NCBI GenBank assembly: GCA_045106415.1
Contig: JBGCEP010000010.1
Location: forward strand, 32,001-96,000
Source of the DNA: Oligoflexales bacterium
Lineage (GTDB): Bacteria > Bdellovibrionota_B > Oligoflexia > Oligoflexales > Bog-1112
Reading direction: 5' to 3'
DNA length: 64,000 nucleotides
Shown here: piece by piece, positions 1-9,514 of the stretch
Position numbering within the stretch: the first letter of the stretch is position 1
How the letters are laid out: the number at the start of each line of letters is the position of its first letter
Notes under the pieces: model-generated
What the model was told of the DNA's origin: nothing
What the model saw: the letters and a program-made list of their open reading frames with translations, nothing else
Databases searched by the model: none
Position numbers and translations under genes: made by a program

Positions 1-609
1 TTCGCATCTAAAACATCCCGTTCAACGTTTGATGAACTTCTTACGGGTGTGAAGAGGTCAGAGAATTTACCTGTCCCGATTGAAACTTTTCAAGCAGAAA
101 TGAAGGTGAAAGCCATTCTTCCGGGTGAAAAATTTGAAATAGGTGGGTGTGTTGATATTTCAACTTACCAAATAAACCATCAAGGCATTACTTTGGCTTA
201 TCGTGTTCATTATCAAGAAGATTCAGTGGCTGTTGTCACAGATAATGCTCCTATTGATGGAAATTATTTAGGCGAAAATATGCCAAAAAAAATGGATGAA
301 GAATCAAAGATATTTGAAAAGAAATTTAATCAAGGTTTGATTGAATTTTTAAAAGGCTGTCATACAGTTGTTTTTGACACTCATTTTACTGAAAAAAATT
401 TGAAACCAGATTGGGGACATTCTACACCTGAGCGAGCTTTGGATTTTTGTATTGCAGCTGGGGTGAAGCGTCTAGTGATTTTTCATCATGCGCCTGAAGA
501 CCAAGACTCTGATGTTTTTGACAAGGTAAAGAGTGTTTACGCTTTAGCGCAACAGCATGGAATAGAGGTTGTGGCTGCGCAGGAAGGAAAACAGTGGATA
601 TTGCGTTAG
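1..609 (+). CDS. MBL-fold metallo-hydrolase, 5' truncated by the window edge
   Basis: Frame is open from base 1. C-terminal MBL/RNase Z-like motifs: INHQG, VTDN, FDTHFT, WGHST, IFHHAP. Confidence 0.85.
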   Translation, partial: FASKTSRSTFDELLTGVKRSENLPVPIETFQAEMKVKAILPGEKFEIGGCVDISTYQINHQGITLAYRVHYQEDSVAVVTDNAPIDGNYLGENMPKKMDEESKIFEKKFNQGLIEFLKGCHTVVFDTHFTEKNLKPDWGHSTPERALDFCIAAGVKRLVIFHHAPEDQDSDVFDKVKSVYALAQQHGIEVVAAQEGKQWILR

Positions 610-1478
610 GAATGAAATTTTGGGGGACGAGAGGCCTTATTTCTTCACCAGGGAGAGAAACTGCTGTTCATGGTGGCAATACGAGTTGTATGCAGCTCTA
701 TCACGGTGATCATCTGATTATTATTGATTCTGGCTTTGGAATTAGTAACTTTGGTGAATCTCTTATGCATAGAATTTTAGAGAAAAAAGAAAGCTTAACC
801 ATTCATGTTTTGTTAACTCATTTTCACTGGGACCATGTCCAGGGTCTTCCTTTTTTTCATCCGATCTATTTTCCTACAACTAACCTTCATATTTATTCCA
901 CTCTTGATCCTGTGCAGGCAAAGTGCCACTTAGAACCTCTTTTTGATGGTTCATACTCTCCGTTTGAAGGTGTTGATAGTATGCCCTCAAATATTCAATT
1001 TCATCAAATAGACTCTAAGATGCATATTGGTTCGTTGGAGATATCAACTTATCCTCTTGATCATATGCAGGTCCAAGTGGGAGATGTCGGGGTAAGTGCT
1101 TTTCGCTTTGATTATCAGGATAAAAGCTTGGTTGTTGCTACTGATCATGAGGCACGCCCAAGCCCTTGTAATGAAGGTTTAGTGCGTTTTGCTGGCGATA
1201 CAGATCTTCTGGTTCATGATGGGCAGTATACCGAAGAGGAATATCTGAGAAGGCAAGGTTGGGGGCATTCCAATATTCGTCAAGCATTAGATAATGCAAT
1301 TCAAGCACAAGCGAAAAGAATGCTTATTACTCATCATGCTCCTCAAAGGACTGATCGTGAATTGAGCAGATTAAGAAGAATTTATAAAAATAATGAGACA
1401 TATAGAGATTTAAAATTTGACTTTGCGCGAGAAAGCACCGTTTATTGTGTCAAAAAAGGAGAAACCTCATGTGGCTGA
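594..1478 (+). CDS. MBL-fold metallo-hydrolase
   Basis: FWGTRG...GGNTSC, IDSGFG, THFHWDH (HxHxDH), HDGQY, GWGHS, THHAP. Alternative ATG at 612. Confidence 0.9.
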   Translation: MDIALGMKFWGTRGLISSPGRETAVHGGNTSCMQLYHGDHLIIIDSGFGISNFGESLMHRILEKKESLTIHVLLTHFHWDHVQGLPFFHPIYFPTTNLHIYSTLDPVQAKCHLEPLFDGSYSPFEGVDSMPSNIQFHQIDSKMHIGSLEISTYPLDHMQVQVGDVGVSAFRFDYQDKSLVVATDHEARPSPCNEGLVRFAGDTDLLVHDGQYTEEEYLRRQGWGHSNIRQALDNAIQAQAKRMLITHHAPQRTDRELSRLRRIYKNNETYRDLKFDFARESTVYCVKKGETSCG

Positions 1479-1966
1479 TTCCATGTGCGATTACAGTGCT
1501 ATCTTTATGGAGTTTTACTTTGAAAATGAATCGTCTGGAAAGGCTCAGGTTTACTGTTTTAGGTGGGCAGTTCTCTTTATGTGCATTGTCTCTTTTATCC
1601 TTTTTTCAATTTTTACCGTCAGAGCAGTTTATGGTTTTTGGTTGTATAGTGGTTTTCCTAGGTTTTTGTTTTTCTTATCATAAAAATCGTAATCAGCAAG
1701 AACATTACATCGTACGATTTGTGATGCTTTCGTTGATTATAGGTGGGGGGCTTATTTTTGGGTTAACGATACGACCTATTTCTATTCTCCCTCTGGTTTT
1801 TTCATGCATTATTTTTCATCTTCATCATGAGCAAGTATCGAGTCATTTACAAAAACAGAACTACGAAGTGCGTGCAATGAGAGAGCATATTCAAGTCTTA
1901 AAAGGGCGTGTTCAGCGATATGGGCAAACATGTGAAAAACATAATGAGACACGTCTTATCTCTTAA
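1445..1966 (+). CDS. Hypothetical membrane protein, about 5 TM segments plus a C-terminal coiled coil
   Basis: Hydrophobic segments. Overlaps both neighbours in operon fashion. Likely ATG at 1469. Confidence 0.6.
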   Translation: MCQKRRNLMWLIPCAITVLSLWSFTLKMNRLERLRFTVLGGQFSLCALSLLSFFQFLPSEQFMVFGCIVVFLGFCFSYHKNRNQQEHYIVRFVMLSLIIGGGLIFGLTIRPISILPLVFSCIIFHLHHEQVSSHLQKQNYEVRAMREHIQVLKGRVQRYGQTCEKHNETRLIS

Positions 1967-3455
1967 GATAGCAACTTGCATGGTTCTGACTTTTTCAGGT
2001 TGCGGTGAAGGTGGTTTTTTTAGCCAAAATAAAGAAGAGACAGTTTCAAGGCCAATTCCTAGGGTTGATAGAGGAGTCTATTCTGTTCAGATTCCAGCAG
2101 AATCGGATTTTTCATATGAAATTGTGACAGATTTTGACAATGACTTAGAAGGAGCTAAGGTCACGTTCCTTCCGGGGGCTCTCACTGTGGATGCGACTAT
2201 TCAAGTGACAAAGGGTGATGTGCTTTTGTCACCGTTGGTTCTTCATGATTTAGGTATCAAAGGAAATCATCAATCGATACCGTCTGGAGTGACAGTTTGG
2301 GTAGGTGCGAGCCACCCGGATGCTCTTCAGAAAGATATGGTTGTTGAGCTTCCTGTGCCTTTAGGAGAACACTCTGGTGACTTAGGGGTGATTTATCATC
2401 AAGGAACACCGAAAACAGGGTACCGCATTGGGCTGTATACATCTCGAAATAAGTTGCTAGAGCTTAATGAAGGTTATGTCTCTGTAAGGGTCCCTTCATT
2501 TGGGAGCTATCAGGTTGTGGTGTTGTCATCTACTCAAAAGAAAGCGGCTTCACTTGGAGAGGTTCGAACACAACGTCCTGTTCTCAATATTGATGAAGCT
2601 ATTGCTTTGCCTGCGTTGGCTTGGAGTGTTTCGTTGGAACCTCAAGATGCAGCAGAAGATAGAGGGGTTCGAGTATTGTTTTCTCTAGAAGGAGGGGCAC
2701 CTAAGGAATGTTTTGGTTTTGTGTACCCTTCGACAAGTGATGCGTGGACTCAAGTTGTAGCATCCCTTGACCAAGCTGTAGTCATTTGGCCGCCTGAAGA
2801 TGTTGTGGAACATGTCAGATATATTTTGGTTGAGTGTTTACTTGAAGATGGAAGACAAATTTTTACCGAAACGATGACTCCATACTCTTTTGATGCTCTT
2901 CAAGTTAGATTTTTAGACTTAAAAGAAAATCATGAAGAAACCAATGTAAAGCTGTCTTTTTCGTCGAGTGGTGTCCAAGACTATCGCTATCAGCTATTTT
3001 TAGAAAAAACTGAGTGCGCTGAACCTATTGGTGTTTGGCAGAATAAATCAATCGTTGAGTTTGATATGACCGATGTAAAAACAAATGTCACGCTTTGTGT
3101 GCAAGGCCGTGGTGTGTATGGTTATATTCAAGATGTTCAGTCTTTTCAGTGGCATCAAGGTATTCAAGGCGCATTGTGGACAGATGATGTTGTCGATATC
3201 TCAGCGACTGCTGGAGGAAGCTTTTCGTATTTAGTTCGAGCTTCAGATCCTGAATCATCAAGCTTACCGACTTTTTCATGGGACGAAAGTCTGAGTACCT
3301 GTGATGACTCCCTTTTTACGGTATCGATTGGGGAGTCGAGCGGACGTTTGTTAGGAGTTGCTAAAAACTCAGCAACAGGCACCTGCTCGGTTGTTGTTGT
3401 TTCGAAAAGCCTTGGGTATGAACGGCAACGTTCTTATACAGTTGTCGTTCAATAA
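1944..3455 (+). CDS. Putative surface lipoprotein with a ZU5-like N-terminal region and a C-terminal Ig/cadherin-like domain
   Basis: Lipobox LTFSG-C after ATG 1944. VTFLPGAL...VELPVP...FGSYQV pattern. C-terminal VRASDPE...IGESSGRLLG. Confidence 0.6.
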   Translation: MRHVLSLKIATCMVLTFSGCGEGGFFSQNKEETVSRPIPRVDRGVYSVQIPAESDFSYEIVTDFDNDLEGAKVTFLPGALTVDATIQVTKGDVLLSPLVLHDLGIKGNHQSIPSGVTVWVGASHPDALQKDMVVELPVPLGEHSGDLGVIYHQGTPKTGYRIGLYTSRNKLLELNEGYVSVRVPSFGSYQVVVLSSTQKKAASLGEVRTQRPVLNIDEAIALPALAWSVSLEPQDAAEDRGVRVLFSLEGGAPKECFGFVYPSTSDAWTQVVASLDQAVVIWPPEDVVEHVRYILVECLLEDGRQIFTETMTPYSFDALQVRFLDLKENHEETNVKLSFSSSGVQDYRYQLFLEKTECAEPIGVWQNKSIVEFDMTDVKTNVTLCVQGRGVYGYIQDVQSFQWHQGIQGALWTDDVVDISATAGGSFSYLVRASDPESSSLPTFSWDESLSTCDDSLFTVSIGESSGRLLGVAKNSATGTCSVVVVSKSLGYERQRSYTVVVQ

Positions 3456-3556
3456 ATGTGACTGATAACAACTTGTTGTTATAGCGATTAAGTGACCTCT
3501 CAAGAGTATTCCTTGAAGCATTTTGCGGTTCATGATAACTACTGCGTTGCTTCGAG

Positions 3557-5101
3557 ATGGTTCTCGAACCTGAAAAATATCAATTTCTGTACGGGACTCT
3601 TGTGAAACCCTCACTGACCTTCGGAAAAGTACGTTCAGTTCTGTGGCCTGTATACAGGCATGAAGCAAAAACTGTTGTACCCATGCTTTTGTTGTTTTTC
3701 TTTTTAACCTTAGCCTACGATTTGCTACGCCCTCTTAAGGTGTCGATGGTTGTTCAGGGCTCAAGCGCTGGTTTTGAAGTGATCCCATTCCTGAAGGTTT
3801 GGGTTATGCTTCCTGGGGCTGTTGCTTTAACTTGGGTCTATACCAAGCTCGCAGCAAGAATGTCTATGGAAAAAGTTTTTTACGCCATTCTGTCTATTTT
3901 TTGTCTATTTTACATGTGTTTTTTGACATTTCTTTATCCAAATCGAGAGCTGTTAGCATTAGATGGTTTGGCGTCTTGGTTGACTCAGATTTTACCTATA
4001 GGCGCTCGTGGTCTTATTGCGGTTGTGAGAGATTGGCCCCTGTCAATTTTTTATGCAATTACTGAATTGTGGGGTGCTTTGGTGCTCACTGTTCTTATGT
4101 GGGGCTATGCGAATGAGGTCACAGATGTCGAGCATGCCCAACGTTTTTATGGTCTTTTTGCAATGGGTTCGAACATTGCAGCAGTTGTCGCAGGCTACAT
4201 TGGTGCTACTTTTTCTACTGTAGACTATAACCCATATCTTCCTGGAAATAATGCTTGGGAGCAAACAATTCATTATATTATTGCGACAGGGATGCTGGCG
4301 TGTATTTTTTCAGCAGTTCTCTTTCGATATATTAATGTATATGTGTACCCAGACAAAGTTGTTGCAGCACCGAAGAGTAAAAAGAAAAAACTAGGCCTGG
4401 TTGATTGTTTTAAGCAAGTTTCAGCATCTCCTTATCTTCTACTCCTGGCGGCGTTAGTTCTTGGTTATAATCTTTCATTTAATCTTGCGGATATTGTTTG
4501 GAATAGAGAAGTTCATCGTTATTTCTCAAATGACCCAGCCGGGTTTAACAAGTTTATGAGCCATGTGACAAGTGCCACAGGAGTCATCTCAACCATTATG
4601 GCACTTCTGGTGACAAGTAATCTTTTACGCCTGAAGGGTTGGACGGTGACAGCTTTAATGACGCCGGTCGTTGTGTTTTTTACTGGCGGGATTTTCTTCG
4701 CTCTGTTGTTAGTAGATAATTCGAATATTTTTGGCGTGAACGAAATGATTTTTGGTATTCCCATTGCAACTGTTCTTCTTGCTGTGGGTGCCGTACAAAT
4801 GTGTTTTACTAGAGCTTTAAAATACACTGTTTTTGATGCGACGAAAGAAATAGCATATATCCCTCTTTCGAGAGAAGAACGACAGAATGGGAAAGCAGCT
4901 ATTGATGGTATAGGGTCACGTTTAGGAAAATCTGGTGGCTCTTTGTTGTTTCAGTTGCTCTTGGTCTCTTTGAGTTCTTTTGATGCTGTTCTTCCATTTA
5001 TTGGTGTTGTCTTTATGTTTGTGGTGTCCTTATGGGGCGGTGCTGTGATCCGATTAGGTCGCTTGATCCCTGGTTCTGCAACGCCCTCGCATAAGTCATA
5101 A
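3557..5101 (+). CDS. Npt1/Npt2 (Tlc, ATP/ADP translocase family) nucleotide transporter
   Basis: FGKVRSVLWPV, EVIPFLKVWVMLP, ELWG, LMWGYANE, RFYGLF, KYTVFDATKEIAYIPL, GKAAIDG..SRLGKSGG. About 12 TM. Confidence 0.93.
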   Translation: MVLEPEKYQFLYGTLVKPSLTFGKVRSVLWPVYRHEAKTVVPMLLLFFFLTLAYDLLRPLKVSMVVQGSSAGFEVIPFLKVWVMLPGAVALTWVYTKLAARMSMEKVFYAILSIFCLFYMCFLTFLYPNRELLALDGLASWLTQILPIGARGLIAVVRDWPLSIFYAITELWGALVLTVLMWGYANEVTDVEHAQRFYGLFAMGSNIAAVVAGYIGATFSTVDYNPYLPGNNAWEQTIHYIIATGMLACIFSAVLFRYINVYVYPDKVVAAPKSKKKKLGLVDCFKQVSASPYLLLLAALVLGYNLSFNLADIVWNREVHRYFSNDPAGFNKFMSHVTSATGVISTIMALLVTSNLLRLKGWTVTALMTPVVVFFTGGIFFALLLVDNSNIFGVNEMIFGIPIATVLLAVGAVQMCFTRALKYTVFDATKEIAYIPLSREERQNGKAAIDGIGSRLGKSGGSLLFQLLLVSLSSFDAVLPFIGVVFMFVVSLWGGAVIRLGRLIPGSATPSHKS

Positions 5102-5142
5102 TTTCGACTTTTTTTAGAATAAGTCTCTATGGAGATGGCACT

Positions 5143-6585
5143 ATGGTTCGGCTGTTGAAAATTTGCTTAGGGCCTTTGTTGAGCTTTCTCGTCTTTTTCG
5201 CGCCTTTTATTCATCTAAACGATGAAATGAGCGTTGTTGCGTGTGTTGGTGTTCTTATGTCTACTTGGTGGGTGTTAGAAGCGATTCCACTACCAGTTAC
5301 AGCCTTGGTTCCTATTGTTGCTTTTCCGCTTTCAGGGGTATGTTCAACGACGCAGATGGCAAATTGTTACAGTCATCCAGTCTTAGCATTGTTCTTGGGT
5401 GGTTGCCTTATGGCGCTAGGTTTAGAGCGTTGGGGGTTGCACCGTAGGCTGGCGCTATTGTGTTTGTTGTCTCTGCGTGGTGGTACGAAAAGACTGATAT
5501 TTTCTTTTTTGACTGTAACCGCATTTTTAAGTTTATGGATTAGTAACACAGCCACGACGATGATGATGATCCCTGTTGTTATTTCGATTTTAGATTTTCA
5601 GATTGAGACAAAGCGTGACAGTTCTTTAGGTGTCAGCTTGTTGCTTGCTGTCGCATATGGCGCAACAATTGGTGGTATGGGGACGTTGATGGGGACGCCA
5701 CCAAATAGTCTTTTGGCTGGATTCTTATTGCAAAGGTATGGGGTCGACTTAAGTTTTTTTGATTGGTTTTTTGTGGGCGCAGTTTTTGTGGCAGGTTTAT
5801 TACCAATGGCTTGGTTGCTTTTGATTTTGGTTGTGTCACCACCAGATTTAACAGAGCAAGAAATAGAAGCAAAACAATTGGCCTTACAGAAGGCTTGGAG
5901 GCTTTTGCCGAGCTTTACTGTGGAAGAGTTCTTGTTGGCTAGTCTTTATATTTGTACGATTGCTTTTTGGATTTTTAGGCCGTGGTTAAGTGTTTGGATT
6001 TTTGGTGATGAGCGTTTAACAGATAGTGGGATTGCTATTTTCTCCGGTATTCTCATGTTTATTCTACCTGCTAGAAATGGTGGTTCTCTTTTGGAGTGGG
6101 AGCAAACAAAAGAATTGCCGTGGGGGGTTTTTTTGCTTTTTGGTGGTGGTCTAGCGCTGTCAAAAGCTGTAGAGCAAAGTGGTTTAGCTCTTGTTTTACT
6201 GGAAAGCTTTGGTGGAGTGGGTCAAGAGCATTCTTTTGGAGTTTTTGCTGTGGTGACGGCGCTTGTTTTATTTCTTACGGAGTTGACGAGTAATATTGCA
6301 ACGACAGCAGCTTTTCTTCCTATTTTGTCTGAGTTTAGTGGTGTTGGTGCTTTGCCTCTAGGGCTTTTAGTGGGAGTGACTTTAGCGGCAAGTTGTGCGT
6401 TTATGCTCCCAATAGCAACAGCACCAAATGCTCTTGTTTTTGCAACTGGGCGTTTGAAAATTTCTCAGATGTTACGTATTGGTTTTTTGCTGAATATTGT
6501 GGCGTGGTGTTGGCTGTTGTGTTTGGGGCGTTGGGTCTGGCCTTTGCTCTTGCCTGTGGTCTCGAAGGTTCCTTTGGGTATCTGA
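5143..6585 (+). CDS. SLC13/DASS family sodium-coupled anion (dicarboxylate/sulfate) symporter
   Basis: EAIPLPVTAL, SLWISNTAT, GTLMGTPPN, TELTSNIAT, AFMLPIATAPNA. Confidence 0.92.
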   Translation: MVRLLKICLGPLLSFLVFFAPFIHLNDEMSVVACVGVLMSTWWVLEAIPLPVTALVPIVAFPLSGVCSTTQMANCYSHPVLALFLGGCLMALGLERWGLHRRLALLCLLSLRGGTKRLIFSFLTVTAFLSLWISNTATTMMMIPVVISILDFQIETKRDSSLGVSLLLAVAYGATIGGMGTLMGTPPNSLLAGFLLQRYGVDLSFFDWFFVGAVFVAGLLPMAWLLLILVVSPPDLTEQEIEAKQLALQKAWRLLPSFTVEEFLLASLYICTIAFWIFRPWLSVWIFGDERLTDSGIAIFSGILMFILPARNGGSLLEWEQTKELPWGVFLLFGGGLALSKAVEQSGLALVLLESFGGVGQEHSFGVFAVVTALVLFLTELTSNIATTAAFLPILSEFSGVGALPLGLLVGVTLAASCAFMLPIATAPNALVFATGRLKISQMLRIGFLLNIVAWCWLLCLGRWVWPLLLPVVSKVPLGI

Positions 6586-8073
6586 CCAGATGTCGTGACT
6601 GACTGCAACTGCAGTGAAAATAATAAAGATGACGATGATATGTGGTTGTGACGTGAGCTCAGGTAGCCAGGCTATGATGAAAAAACCAAACAAAGTTGTG
6701 ATGAAATTTGGTAGTGTTTGTTTGAACTGTGTTGAAATGTGCTCATGTAAGGAACATTGCGCGCTTTTTGCTGCTAGCATTGTTGTGTCAGAAATAGGTG
6801 ATAAATGATCACCGGCAATACTCCCGGATAAGATCGCTCCAAAAGTAGGGTAGAGCCATGCAGAGGCCTGGGCTGTGATGAGTGCATTTGCTGCTGTTGG
6901 AAATAAAAGAGCTGCTGTTGCCCATGAAGATCCGGTTGTCATAGCTAGAAAAATAGAGCTGATGAAAAAAAAGCAAGGGCTCCATTCTATTGTTATGTTT
7001 TGGAGCAGTAATGTGAATGCCTCTTCCATAGATAGATACTGACTCATGATTTGACCTAAAGTCCAGGCCATGGTGAGAGTGATTACTGTGAGTAAAAATC
7101 CAGGAAAAGATTTTTCAATAGACTGGAATAAGATTTTTTTTGGAGATTTTTTTTGAGTCTTAGCTGAGTATAAAGTAACGCATATCCCAGCTATAAAGCC
7201 ATGCTGGAGCGATTGAGACATGGATGCCGATTGCATAGCTTTATGCCAAGTGTAATGTTTAAAAAAACCACCGACCCAAAGAGTACTGATCCAAGTTGTT
7301 GTGATCATAAGTAAAAATACAGTTAAAAAAGGCCAGGGATTGCAATTAGATTGTGGATAAGGTTTTTCGATGATTTTTGAGCAAGGGGCTGTTTGTTTAG
7401 GTGTGTTTGAAAGAGTCCAAAAGGTGGTTGCTATGGTGATGTAGGAGTAAAATAGCCATGGTAACGTAGACCAGTAAGCCTGAGTCGGTGATGTGGAAAT
7501 TCTTTCAAGATGAGCGTCTATGATGAAACTTAAGATCACGGGGCTCCAGCTTGAAAAAGGACATAAAGCAACAACTGGAGAAGCAAGACTGTCCAACATC
7601 CATGCTAATTTTGTCTTGGGTATGTGAAACCGTTGGAAAATAGGTCGGGCAATTGCGCCGCTTGTAAGAATCGAAAAGTAGTCGTCTAAGCAAAAACATA
7701 ATGAAAAAGAGGCGGTTGTTATTTGAGCTTTTTTTTTATTTTGAAGAGATTTTAATGCTGCGTTTGTAAAAGCAGTGCTGTAACCAGAGCTTTGTAGTGC
7801 TTGAGTAAAAATCCCTAATAAAGCCATGGTTTTGAAAATTTGATACTTAGGGCTAGAGAAAAAATCATGATGAAATGTTGCGTTAAAAAAAAGAAAAAAG
7901 ATTTTGAAGAAGTGTTGTGATGAATGCAAGCTTGCGAGTATGCTTGCTGTTATTAATGCCCCTAATAAGCTTATGGTAGAGTTGCGTGTCTTGATGCTTA
8001 GGCACATGAGAAAGAATGGTGGGATGATCCAAGCCCAAAGGAAGAATTTCTCCATATTAATGAGGGTGGTCAT
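6472..8073 (-). CDS. Na+/H+ antiporter NhaC family protein
   Basis: LDDYF, KLAWMLDSLASP..P.SSW, TGSSWAT, GSIAGDHLSPISDTT..A...C...HI.TQ. The C-terminal tail overlaps the DASS gene antisense. Confidence 0.85.
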   Translation of the reverse strand: MTTLINMEKFFLWAWIIPPFFLMCLSIKTRNSTISLLGALITASILASLHSSQHFFKIFFLFFNATFHHDFFSSPKYQIFKTMALLGIFTQALQSSGYSTAFTNAALKSLQNKKKAQITTASFSLCFCLDDYFSILTSGAIARPIFQRFHIPKTKLAWMLDSLASPVVALCPFSSWSPVILSFIIDAHLERISTSPTQAYWSTLPWLFYSYITIATTFWTLSNTPKQTAPCSKIIEKPYPQSNCNPWPFLTVFLLMITTTWISTLWVGGFFKHYTWHKAMQSASMSQSLQHGFIAGICVTLYSAKTQKKSPKKILFQSIEKSFPGFLLTVITLTMAWTLGQIMSQYLSMEEAFTLLLQNITIEWSPCFFFISSIFLAMTTGSSWATAALLFPTAANALITAQASAWLYPTFGAILSGSIAGDHLSPISDTTMLAAKSAQCSLHEHISTQFKQTLPNFITTLFGFFIIAWLPELTSQPHIIVIFIIFTAVAVSHDIWSDTQRNLRDHRQEQRPDPTPQTQQPTPRHNIQQKTNT

Positions 8074-8638
8074 GATGGTGTTCGTTATCGTTTGTTGGGG
8101 CTAGGAGAGCCTCAATGTCGTGAATTAGGTTTTTATTAAGAGGTTTGACCGAAGAGGAGTAGTGTTTGTAGACGTGCCCTTTTTTGTTAATGAGGAATTT
8201 TTCAAAATTCCATTGAACTTCTTTTTGGCCTGAATCTTGTGATAAAAAGCTATAAATAGCATTTTTTTGAGGACCTTTGATTTTAGATTTTTCAAAAATC
8301 TTAAAAGAAACTCCATAATTAAACTTACAGAATTCTTCTATTTTTTGACCAGTGAGAGGCTCTTGGTGAAAATCATCAGAAGGAAATGCTAGAACTTCAA
8401 AGCCTTGGTTCTTGTATTTTTCTTGAAGTGTTTGGAGGTTTTTGAGTTGAGGTGTGTAGCCACACTGTGAAGCAATATTTACGACAAGTAGGATTTGATC
8501 TTTAAATGACTTGAAAGGGAGTTCTTTACCGTTGAGAGTTTTTGCTGTGAGTTCATGAAAAGGTGAGGTTGCTTTAGCTACATGGGATGTAGAAAGACAG
8601 AGTAAAAAAAATATTTTGAACATCATAAAAAACCTCAT
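8057..8638 (-). CDS. Glutathione peroxidase family protein with signal peptide
   Basis: VNIASQCGYTPQ, LAFPSDDF.QEP, FCKFNYGVSF, WNFEKFLI. Confidence 0.93.
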   Translation of the reverse strand: MRFFMMFKIFFLLCLSTSHVAKATSPFHELTAKTLNGKELPFKSFKDQILLVVNIASQCGYTPQLKNLQTLQEKYKNQGFEVLAFPSDDFHQEPLTGQKIEEFCKFNYGVSFKIFEKSKIKGPQKNAIYSFLSQDSGQKEVQWNFEKFLINKKGHVYKHYSSSVKPLNKNLIHDIEALLAPTNDNEHHHDHPH

Positions 8639-8700
8639 TGTGTTGAGTATGAGGTATTTTTCTATTATTTTGGGTTGTTGTCAAATTTTAACTGATGCTC

Positions 8701-9384
8701 TTATGGTCGTCGCACGTGATGTTTTTGTTTTTTTTGTATTGCTACAGAAAGTTCATGAATGTAAGAGTGGTCTCCAATTTGTAGCCATCCTCCTGTCTTC
8801 CGAATAGCGTGAATCATTTGACCTGCTTGAAGTCGAAAGCGGATTCGAGTTTGAGAGGAAGGGCCTTGAAAAACAGGGCAAGATCGTGTGATTCGGTACT
8901 GGCTTTTGAAATGGCCTCCATTCTTAAATGAAAAATGTTTTTTGAAAAAGTGTTTGTTTTTCTCTTCCTCACCCTGCTTCTCAAACCATGGATTTGAGGC
9001 GTCAGGTTTGGCTTCCTTAGAAAACCAGGTGTTGGGGGCACCAAACCATCCTTTTTTTGTTGCTTCAACATTATGGATAGCTTGCTGGTTTTGTGGGCTA
9101 AAAGATTGCTTTTGGTTTTGATGGTTAGGATTTGGCTTTTCTTGAGAGATGTTCTTTGGAAGGGGTTCTTCCGAGAAATCATCCTCATTATAAAAGTTGT
9201 TCGAGAGGGCGTCTTGTTCTTCTGACAGAGGTGTGCTGTTAAGTTCATCGAAGTTCTCATTTTCTTGAGAGATATTGTTTTGAGAAATCTCTTCAGAGGG
9301 TTCCGAGCTTATTTGTTGTCCTTCGTGTGTACCTGATAGGCAACCTGTGACCATAAAAATTAACCATGTGAGCTCTGTCTTCAT
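8701..9384 (-). CDS. Putative lipoprotein with a disordered N-terminus and a C-terminal SH3b-like domain
   Basis: MVTG-C lipobox, E/N/Q/S-rich linker, then VFQGPS...LQAGQ.I......GWLQI...YIH. Confidence 0.6.
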   Translation of the reverse strand: MKTELTWLIFMVTGCLSGTHEGQQISSEPSEEISQNNISQENENFDELNSTPLSEEQDALSNNFYNEDDFSEEPLPKNISQEKPNPNHQNQKQSFSPQNQQAIHNVEATKKGWFGAPNTWFSKEAKPDASNPWFEKQGEEEKNKHFFKKHFSFKNGGHFKSQYRITRSCPVFQGPSSQTRIRFRLQAGQMIHAIRKTGGWLQIGDHSYIHELSVAIQKKQKHHVRRP

Positions 9385-9514
9385 TTTTAACCTTTTTATT
9401 TGAGGTCTTTCTGTGGCACTTTTCGGGTATTTTTTCTGAGGAGTTAAGAAAAATATTTATGTCGCAGGTTGTTTGTGCCGAAATGCTATATGGGAACGAA
9501 GGAGATAGGGTCCG

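Noticed and set aside
3455..3556. Riboswitch upstream of the first NTT gene (short palindrome ATAACAAC-tt-GTTGTTAT)
   Set aside because: No match to purine or other riboswitch consensus that I can recognise. At most an operator or weak hairpin.
8057..8090. His-rich tail (EHHHDHPH) of the glutathione peroxidase as a metal-binding tag
   Set aside because: It lies at the overlap with the NhaC gene start and fits the strand compositional bias.
8814..9260. 148-aa alternative-frame ORF, and similar shadow ORFs such as 36743-37201, 43150-43572, 50578-51000 and 61974-62519
   Set aside because: They are nested in or largely overlap well-supported genes and have no recognisable motifs.
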